Assembly: GCA_905178155.1 (NCBI GenBank)
Contig: CAJINV010000002.1
Coordinates: 8,761,224 to 8,825,223 of the forward strand
Direction: 5' to 3'
DNA: 64,000 nt
DNA from: Amoebophrya sp. A120
Taxonomy: Eukaryota > Protista > Dinoflagellata
Shown here: piece after piece, positions 54,935 to 64,000 of the stretch
How positions within the stretch are numbered: position 1 is the first letter of the stretch
Layout: each line of letters opens with the position of its first letter
Translations under genes and position numbers: made by a program
Notes under the pieces: generated by a model
The model's input: only the letters and a program-made list of their open reading frames with translations
Database searches by the model: none
What the model was told of the DNA's origin: nothing

Positions 54935-57900
54935 TTATAAGCAAGCATGGCGCGCAGCATCCCGCAATTGAATTTCAAAAATACCTCTCCACTTTCCCAC
55001 AGCCTCGCCGCTGATCACCCGTGTGCTCCTCTGGAACTCTTGGTGTGCTTTCGGCAGGCGACCCGTAGCGGGTTGGTTAGGATCGGGCTCGTCAGATCCA
55101 GTTGCTTGGCCCTCTCCAAAATGCACTGCGTGGGGATCTAAAATATCCGCTTCCCGCAACACGACTACTACCAAGACCTGCAGGCTCAAATTGACGGACA
55201 GCACCTGGACAATGCGGGATCTCTTGTGGTAGAGGTAAATTTCCAGGCAGAGTGGTTTTCCTGCTTCGGTGTAGGCGTGGAGGAGAAAAAATAAGTACAG
55301 ACACTGGAGTCTGCCTCGCTGGCAGGCAGTTTGGTACTCTTCGGCTCCCTGGCAGATGTCGGTATGATGCTCGTCGATTATCGCCTCACAAACGCGGCGC
55401 TCGTGGAGACGCATGGTAGCGCACTTGTGATTTAGAAACTCTTTTACTTCAGCTTCCGACATTCCGTGTTTTGCGTGGTCCAAGTTCATGAATTGCTTCA
55501 ATTCTGGCAGGGCTTCCGCCAACTCGGGGTACTCGGTGTGCTGCTGGAGATTTCTTTGCAACTGCGGTTTCGGGTCGTTGTTCCACGCCGTGTTCTGTAT
55601 TTTCATCATGTAGAGCATGCGCACGATGTCACTGGGTTTGCGAAGCGTGGCCATATTTTCGAACTCCGTGCCGTCCGGCCACAAATATTCGCGGCATTTA
55701 TCATAGTCGACGTCGGGCTCGTTTTCCAGCAACTGCCGGCCGTCCAAGACACTGTTGCTGTCCATGCAGCCTTTCCGTGTATAGAGCGTGGAAACAGGAT
55801 CGTATGCTCGAAAACACGGCACCCAGGTCGGAAGACAAGACTCCTGCAACGCGTACTGGGTGCACTGTTTGATTGTTGTTTCAATGTGTGTCATTTGTCA
55901 TGCATAAAACGCAAGTCATTTTGCATTTCGGATTCGCAAAAAAAAATCAATATCTGCATTTTGGTACCTGCTGTAAAATCCCAGAGTTGTTGCCGCGACG
56001 CGACGTCCTGGAGAGAATGCCGCCGTACGCTTCTATACCCCGCGTACTGGGTATCATTACCGCCGGAAATTGTTCCAAAAAACTTTTCGCTTGTTCCGCC
56101 CCCTCCTTCTCATAAACTATTAACCACTTCCGGATGAGCCAACTATTCTCCATCTTCCCGAGTCCTGCGATCAGCTTACTGGCGATGGGATTTTTCCGCA
56201 GCCCCTTGACCTCCAAGATTTTCTCGAAAAGCTGGAGCTCGAACTTGTGCGAGCCCATGATCGCTCGATCGCGAAAGTGTGTGTAGCAAGCGGCCTTCGT
56301 CGTAGCAGTCTTTGTTGCCTGGATCGCGGATACTTCCTCCTCTTCCAAAAAATGGTACGGAGAACTTTCCAGGAATGCGAGGAAAGAGCGGTGCTGTTGC
56401 TTCAGGTAAAAATCCCGATCGCGACAAATTTCGGCAACTGAAGACTTCCACCCCTGGAGGTCGGATGGCAAATGCGCAAAATCCTCAAGCGTGAGGTCCA
56501 ACCCGGGCTTCATCCCGTAAAGTAACATTCTCTTTTCCATTGAGAGGCGGAGTTGCTGGGTTTTCACGGCCTTTTGCAATACCTGTTTTGTATTAGAACA
56601 TTATTTTTTTTGATGCAGTCGCGAAATAGAGATATTAACGGCCGCAGTGCCCTGATTGTGTATCGCCAGCAAAATGCAAAGCAATTTTCTTAGCATGAAA
56701 CTGCAGTAGTATAACCATAAACGTGTGCGCTTTGCATGACAAAAGCATGATCATCTGTACCCAGAAGAACCCCGCTCCGTAGGTTTCCGCAAATTTGTCC
56801 TCTTGATTCATCCGGAGAGATCGGCGAAGATCGTTTTCGAAGTGGGAATTGGACAAAAACGCCGTGTCCGCTAGCATGCTTGGAGACTGGCTGTAAAAAC
56901 CCGCCCGCTGGTTCAAATTCACCCAGCCGATGGCTATGGTGGCCCCATGATAATACAGGGGTGCTCTTTTGCACAGTTCGCATATTAACGCCGCCATCCG
57001 AATGCTTTCGTCAGCAAGTGTTGCACAGATGGAAACAATCGTGTTCGGATCGTCATCCGGGCCGAGTTTGGTCAGAGTTTCTTCCATCATGTTTCTCCCC
57101 TCCTGTTCCTTCCGCTCCCTTTTTCTCTCATCTAATTCCGTTATCCAGCTTGCAACGTCCCAAAAACCGTCTTGCTTGACCTTGTCGTCTAGCTCCTGCA
57201 CCTCGTCGTGAAAACTCCACACGGCCTTTTCCCTTCTTTTCGTGTTTGGTAGTTTGGCTTTGTTATGTCTGTTCTCGTCATCATCATCGGACTCGGAGTC
57301 GGTTTCAGCGTCGGCTTTGTCGATTGCTGATGTAATTTTGAATTCAAAATTTGAAAACAATTACGAAAGGCCTTACATTTGAAAACTTTGCATGACAAAA
57401 CCATCGGCGAACTACAGATGCAAAAAACAAAAAGTGCTTTTCTCTCTTTCCACTCCTGACCGCTTTTTGTCTTTGAACTGTAGCTTGTTGCAGGATTGGG
57501 CTAGGACGTAATCCAGTTCGAGTTTCTTCCACATGATTAACGAAGGCCTCCCATCTTTCGCAGCAGTTACAAAAATCTCCGAGTCGAGGGCCTTGCGATT
57601 TGGATTCTCGATGTAGAGAAAGCACCGGAATGCGAACCGCAACGTCGTCCACCCTGTTTTCGCGAAAAAACAAGTATAATCCATCTGGCAGAACCGCTCC
57701 TTGCTACTGAAGTTTCCCAATTGCGAGCGGATGAGTTTGCACCGAATCCTCACCGCATCTGCAAAATCCGGACTATCGTACGAGCAGTTGATTTCCGCCT
57801 CCAGATCCTCCCTGAACTCGCCGACCAGTCTGATGATGTCGTTGTCGTCGCAAGATTCGATGACCGCTGTGTAGAAATCGCCAAACTTTATGGAGTGTTT

Positions 57901-58888
57901 TCCTTTCGCCGTACTCCTCAGCCTGTAGAGGCGCTTCATCTTCACCGGCAGCATTTTCTCCGCAATTTTGATGGATTGCCGGTTCTCGTCGTGCGGGACG
58001 TCCCAATTGCAAATCGAGGGGCAGTATGAAAGTTAAAGACTCAGATACACATTTCAAAAATCGATCACCGTCGTATTTGTCATGCAGGTTTTCTAGTAGT
58101 GTCGCGCAAACATATATCTGAATCATTTTCACAAGATAAATCCCCGCGCTCAGCGCGCCACTGCGGGTAGGAATTCGCCGAACACTTGTCCATTGTGAAG
58201 ACCGTCGGGATGTCCACTCCAAGCCGGCCCCAATTCGTCAGGAAGGAAATGATCTCCAACAAGGCCGACAGCCAACAGCTGTATTTTTTTTGCTGGTAGG
58301 TGTAGTTGTAATCGGCGGTGTCAAGTTTTTTCAGGAACTTTTGGATATCCTGAAAAGAACCTTCCGGAAGCGCGACGAGCAGCATGCTCAGCGTGAACGC
58401 CTCATCAAGCGTGTCAAACAAAAACCCGCGAATTCGACTTTGAACAAACTCTCGTCCACCTAACCGCACGCCATCCAAGGCGCATCCCACTGCGTGTCCG
58501 TACCGGGTATTCATCATCGCGTTGACCTTGATCACCTGCAGAATCCAGCAAACATAACCCAAGACCAGCATTTGTCGTGCTTTTTCCAGATGCTGCGTGA
58601 AGAGCGGGCTGTACGGCACGGCGCACATGGAGATGTGATGAGCGAATGGTAGTTGTTTTCTCCCTGCTTCTGCAATGGTGATAATTACGGGCGTGCGGTC
58701 CTGCAGCTGGTATCCTGAGGTAGAGTGATTTTTTTGAAATATTGCATGACAAATTGCGGAATGTCATTTCACGCAAGTTTATGCATGGCAAAAATCTAAG
58801 TACCTAATCCCGGACGTTCTTGTGCGTCCCACATTTCGACAATGCGCCCGCACCACTGATTGAAATACTCCGCCATAGTTTCGATGCC
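54935..58888 (-). CDS. Divergent hAT-like DDE transposase, multi-exon; both ends uncertain
   Basis: Spliced frame carries in order CALDG (D1, ~58474), FTMDKCSAN (D2, ~58189), WDVPH (DxxH, ~58000), KTGWTT (hAT TRW-like, ~57650) and PSTRGIEAYG (E, ~56032). Introns: 58803-58715, ~58142-58024 (non-canonical), 57437-57327 (GC-AG), 56760-56583 and 55967-55865. Confidence 0.6.
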
Positions 58889-59468
58889 CTGATTCAAATT
58901 TTAAGGTCAGCACTGTTTGTCATGCAGATTTCAGTAATCGTGAACAGTCAATATGCATAATCACGCGGACAATAAAAAGCATGCATTTGCTATGCGCAGC
59001 GCCATCAAATAATACTCGCGTCGTCCCATGTTGCAGAAGCCAACCGACAAATTGCTCAGAGGAGAAGTCGACTGTGGGTGTATCTGATAAGAAGACTATA
59101 AAGATGCGAAATATTTTCCGACACGCCGAGAAAGGTGCAACAAACTAAAATCGCCAAAATATGACATGCGTTTTTTGGTACAACATAGATGCTTCGAATT
59201 TGTTGGCTTCTTTTGCGCAACACGGTTTTTATTTCCGGACGGACAAATTCGAAACAGTCCTGCCGTCGAATTGTTTCTGCTAAAGTACGCGCAGCTCAAA
59301 AAAGACAAAACGATGCGCAAATCGACAATAAACAACTCAAACGCGAACAATCGCTGTGAGCTAGCTTTTTTGTGCAATTTTGGATGTGCCACTTCTATGC
59401 GCAAGTATCATGCGCGATCAAAGTGCAGCGACGCTGCGTGCAATCATGATGCTGGAGCGCGAAGTAAA

Positions 59469-59556
59469 AGCTCCACGCTCGAGCTCCACGCTCGAGCGTG
59501 GAGCTCGAACGTGGAGCTCGAACGTGGAGCTCGAGCGTGGAGGTCCAACTTGGAGC
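59469..59556. repeat. 13-bp tandem repeats in head-to-head orientation forming a palindrome
   Basis: AGCTCCACGCTCG twice, then CGTGGAGCTCGAA-type units four to five times; perfect 30-bp palindrome at 59479-59508. Confidence 0.9.
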
Positions 59557-59595
59557 ATACTTGTGTATTCTGACGTGCGAAGTTCTGCTGTGTGT

Positions 59596-59812
59596 GATGC
59601 TCAAAAATATGCTCTTTGTTATGCTCAAAAAGTGACTACCTTTTTGACTACCCAAAAATTTCTTAGACCCCACGGCGCGCTCTCTGTTTGCGCGCTCAAA
59701 ATTATGCTTGTTTTTATGCTCAAAATTATGCTTTTTCTTATGCTCAGAATTATGCTCAATCATCGCGCTCTCGCGAGAAGAGCAAGCTCGACGCCTTAGC
59801 GTGATGCTCAAA
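59596..59812. repeat. Dispersed ATGCTCAAAA(TTATGCT) repeat array
   Basis: About 7 copies of ATGCTCA/GCTCAAAATTATGCT. Confidence 0.8.
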
Positions 59813-60339
59813 CGCGGAGATTGATCAAGCAGAGAAGCCTAAAACTACCAAAAGCGGAAGTGCTCGAAAAACCTAAAATGGATTTCGGATTTAGGCTTTC
59901 GCGAAGCCCCCTTTTTTTAAAATGCAGCTTCTTAAAGGCCGCGCTCTTTTACCCATCTTGAATGCGCGCATAAAATTGCAGCGCAGACCTCCAGCTCGCT
60001 GCCGTCCACAGCAAATAAGCACGTGATCCGCATCAAATACAGCATCAACGCTGCGGCGCTTTTCGGCAAAAAGGCTGCTCCCCAAGAGGATTAATAAGCT
60101 CTGGGCATTGTGGCATCAAAATACCATAACACATGTAGAAGGATTGCTACAATAACAAGTATTACACGCTTTTGGCATGATTTGCGCAACAAAAACACTA
60201 CTAAAAAAAGGTAAATATGTACTCGCTTTGCCTGTGAAGGTTATCATCCCGGACATGTGGGCTATGCTAATGAAACGTCGCAGCTTCACCTTGAATGTAG
60301 ATGCTGCGATAAATAACTGTGTTGCTTTACCATACAAAG

Positions 60340-60984
60340 CTACTGCATCCATTCAAGGCAGAACTGCGAGCTACATTTCTTAAACAGACCTTGCATCTGT
60401 TCGACAGGCACAACCTGCCCGAGAAACACGTCCCGAAACACATCTGCTTGGTAGTTGCAGGCGACCAGCGGCTTGATCAGCAGCTCGGCGAAGATTGCGG
60501 CAAACTGCGCCGTCGTATGCTCCAACTTTTTCTTCACACGATTGCTCTGCTCCTCTTTGAAGTACTTCTTACACCGGCCGTTGATCAACATGAAGAACGC
60601 GTCCATCGTCAGCAAATCGGGACCGTCTGACCCTTCCGGAATCATAACCCACTGCTGTTTTTTTGCGGTCTCGGATTGCCCTTGTCGCTGCACGAGGCAG
60701 GTGTGCGTTTCGTTTTTGAAAATCTCCAGCATCAGGGTCAATGCTTTCCCACGGAGCGTGTACTGCTGCAAGAAGTCCTTCTTCGGATGGTCTTGCCACT
60801 CGTCCCGAGTACAGTTGCGAAGGTCCGTGATGGTTTTTACAAAGTGCTCCAGCGGAACACCTAGCAACAGCTCATTGACAGCGATCAAAGGCACGTCTGT
60901 CAACGCCGTTGCCTCAATGTCGATGTCGACGGGGGAAGACCCCGCAAACGACGCCAGTCGTTCCATTTTAATTCTTTTTTTCAC
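60340..60984 (-). CDS. Hypothetical protein
   Basis: 214-aa ORF, GC-richer than its AT-rich flanks; no motif recognised; the ends may be spliced. Confidence 0.55.
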   Translation of the reverse strand: MKKRIKMERLASFAGSSPVDIDIEATALTDVPLIAVNELLLGVPLEHFVKTITDLRNCTRDEWQDHPKKDFLQQYTLRGKALTLMLEIFKNETHTCLVQRQGQSETAKKQQWVMIPEGSDGPDLLTMDAFFMLINGRCKKYFKEEQSNRVKKKLEHTTAQFAAIFAELLIKPLVACNYQADVFRDVFLGQVVPVEQMQGLFKKCSSQFCLEWMQ

Positions 60985-61752
60985 ACTACATCTTTCAAAT
61001 TATTCTATCTCTCAGCTTTTTCTATATCGGATAACAGATGCACTCGTCATAAGAAATTTTTTGGTTCGAAAAATACTTTTTGACATAACAAACAAACACA
61101 GCAAATCACTTCAGTAGTTTCATCACCATCGCACTTTCAATTTCACAGCGTATATTTATTCCCAGATATCGAAAAAACATTTTGGACCAAAGAGAACAAC
61201 GATGCTTTGCACTACATTCATTTTTAAACTCTTTTACATCGTGTCCAGTTGCGTTTCCCCAGAAAAAAGCAATAATATGGCCCCAGCAAACTTGTCTGCT
61301 ACCGCTGCAGTCAGTGTTTGCATATAGCAGGAACAGAAAACTCCTGGCTTCATTGATGAAAAAATCAATGGTCTTCGGGACAAATGACAGACAACTAGAT
61401 TGTGCAAACTGAGAAAAAGTTTACTTTATCTAGCGTGGATATGGAAAGGCAATCTATGCATTTTTTCCCAAAAAAATTCATTAATTGATACTATTTATTT
61501 CGAGCAGAGCCCCTTCATCATACAAGAAAATGAAATTCAATAATTTTTTACACAGTTGTGAACTACAACTGCTGCTTCGAAATAAAAGTTTTACAAAAAA
61601 TTGTACACGACGTGCAACAAAAAGGCGAAGGAGTTCACTTATATAAAAGTAAGACGATTAATAAGGAACTCGACTTCTAGTCATCTGCTGGCACTCACGC
61701 TTGCCCTACTTGGTGGTCTAATTCTTGTTCTAGAATTACTTGACTCCCTTGA

Positions 61753-63372
61753 CTAGATCAACTCATCCTCAGCAGCATCACTGCTTCCATCATCCATCGT
61801 GACGAACGGCACCTCGGTACCATCGGCCAGGGTCACGGTCGGAATCTGGGGGTTCAAGATGTCCTCGATTTCTTCTTCCGGAATCTCCTGTTCGACAGCG
61901 GTGCAGTCCATGACTTCCGATCCGTCGTCCAGCAACGTGGAGATCTGTTCCAAGGCGGCGATGGGCACGCCACGGGCGGCGTTCTCGACCATGGAGACGT
62001 TCAGGTCGACGCGGACCGTCGAGGGAACTTGCGCTTCCCCAGCAGTAGTACTCATAGTGCGGCGGCGCTTCGTGTCCGGCTCAGCAATCACTTCTTCGTC
62101 CACCTCCATCGGAGCGGCGGTAGACTCAGAACCACTGGCAACCGCAGCGGGCGCAGACGTGGCGTTGGAGATGATACCAGTGGGGGCCGCGGCCACGGGG
62201 ACAGAGGTGGTCGTCACAGGCACGTTAACGTTGGTGGGCTGCGCCAACATCGGGGTGACCGGAGGAGCCGGCTTGGCCACCTTCGGCAAGGACTTCTTCT
62301 TGAAACCGCTGCTCTTCGGGGCAGAACCGGCCTTGCTCACGACCGAGGCGGCACGCTGACCCGCTGTTTAGTTTTTGTTTGTAAATTGACAATTATCAAG
62401 CATGATGAGTCTTTGCATCTTATCATGCACCAAAAGCAAAAAAAACTACCTTGATTCGGTTCGTCGGTCGGCAACAACGTCTGGATTCCAGACGTTGTTG
62501 CCGACCGACACTGGATCGAGGCGGGCTTGGCCTTGGACGGCGGAGCAGCTTTTGTTCGAATATTGATTATATTGCAATCGATCACAATCGTGCTCGCATC
62601 AAAACCAGTTCTGCATGACAAAAACATTATACCCTTCTGCTTCGGCTGCACATTCGCACCAAGGGATCCTTGCGAAAACAACAACCGCTGCGGCTCAATG
62701 GCGTTGTTGGAAGACGGGGTGTGAAACAGTCCTCCAAACGCAGACCCCATGGTCGAATCGACGTTCTGTTCGGCATTCGGGTCCAGCGGCGGCTGCGATT
62801 GCAGATCGGGAGACAAGGACGCCTGCGCCGCCATCTCGGTCTGCACGGTCTCCTTAATGCCGGCCATCAACTTCGACTCCATCTGCACCATACTGGTCTG
62901 CATCAGGTTCTGCATCATCGCCAACAAGGCCTGCTGGTCGAGACCTGAGTATAATATTTTATGATAATACGCATGGTATAAAATGGCAAGCGATCACTTT
63001 TCAACACAAACTAAAAAAAATTATACCCAGTCCCGCACCCGCGGCTGCAGCAGCAGGAGCTTTCGCCACCGGAGCTTTCGCCTTCACCACCGGAGTAGCA
63101 GCAGCTTTCACCTTCGGATTAGCAGCAGGCGGCGCTGCCACCGGCGCTGCCGCAGCAGCAGCCGCAGCGTCCGGCATCGGCGTGTCGTCGACGGCAGCAG
63201 CAGCCGCACCAGCAGCTGGCTGCTCACCACCTTCTTGTCCCTCCTGCGGCAAAAATTCGGCGTCCATGATCACGTCGTTCTGCGGGGCGGCTCCCAAAGG
63301 AAGTTGACCACGGCGACCACGGCCGGCGATTCGTTCGGGGCTGGCCAAGGTGAACTCACCCAAACCATACAT
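61753..63372 (-). CDS. Ala/Pro-rich, acidic hypothetical protein; 4 exons, about 455 aa
   Basis: ATG at 63372. GT-AG introns 63026-62945, 62632-62549 and 62449-62364 give one continuous 1368-nt frame. Confidence 0.7.
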
Positions 63373-63546
63373 CGTCGGCTGGTACGTGGTCGTGTACAAA
63401 TATGCAATGCAAATTTCAACACCGACCATCAGAGGCACTACGACAATACCGTATCAAATACATTACCTAGACACAACACACACAAACACAACATGCGTAC
63501 TGTTTCTCATATTTCCACGCAAAGCCTCTCAGTCGGTGTATAGTTT

Positions 63547-63741
63547 TCAAAGGCATATTTCTCCCCACAACATGGCGATCTCCTCGTCCGACATGTCCGG
63601 GTCGTAGAACTTGTGCAAAGTGGTGAACCACAGCTCCAAAATGCGACGCTCAGACGCAGTTTGCAGCGGTTCGAGCACACGGACAACCTGAAGCAAGTTT
63701 TTAAGTGAAGGCTTGTATAATTTCGAGATTGCATCCACCAT
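63547..63741 (-). CDS. Terminal exon of a gene starting beyond the window
   Basis: Coding-like frame (...RILELWFTTLHKFYDPDMSDEEIAMLWGEICL*) preceded by AT-rich intron-like sequence. Confidence 0.4.
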   Translation of the reverse strand: MVDAISKLYKPSLKNLLQVVRVLEPLQTASERRILELWFTTLHKFYDPDMSDEEIAMLWGEICL

Positions 63742-64000
63742 GTCGCATGCTGATTAAAAAAAAGCAATAATTTCTGTACCTCCAACCAGGATTCGCGGTA
63801 GCTGCACGTGATGCGGGCGGTCGCGGCGTGGATCAACAAGTTTATGCTATGAAAAATCGCACACAAAGCAACCTAAACGCAAGCACTCTCTTCGCATCAC
63901 AGAATTTTTTATGCATAAAGCAGGACATTTTTTCAATCTGAAGACCGGTGCTCATCATGCAAAAATTTGCTTTGCGTAAGCAGCAGGTTTCTGCCACTTC

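Overview
Eukaryotic genomic DNA, most likely from the parasitic dinoflagellate Amoebophrya (Syndiniales). This is an inference from strictly unidirectional genes, very long low-complexity exons, an introner with inverted and direct repeats, and non-canonical introns. Every supportable gene is on the minus strand. Protein genes: several giant low-complexity hypothetical proteins, a 5-exon anoctamin/TMEM16, a Gln/Met-repeat protein, an LRR plus RS-rich protein, an introner-split acidic-repeat protein and CCZ1. Main result: introns 2-4 of the anoctamin gene hold a polycistronic cluster of at least 15 snoRNAs on the host strand. It contains a U14 + U17/snR30 cassette in three copies, a double-guide C/D snoRNA in four copies, an H/ACA snoRNA in three copies, and single snR53-like and snR37-like guides. 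Second result: about 52.5-64 kb holds a divergent intron-containing hAT-like DDE transposase, subterminal-type repeats and orphan genes. Their short stem-bounded introns share a GCATGACAAA motif with the introner at 46.3 kb. rRNA target positions use yeast numbering and conserved rRNA sequence recalled from memory. No database searches or folding programs were run.
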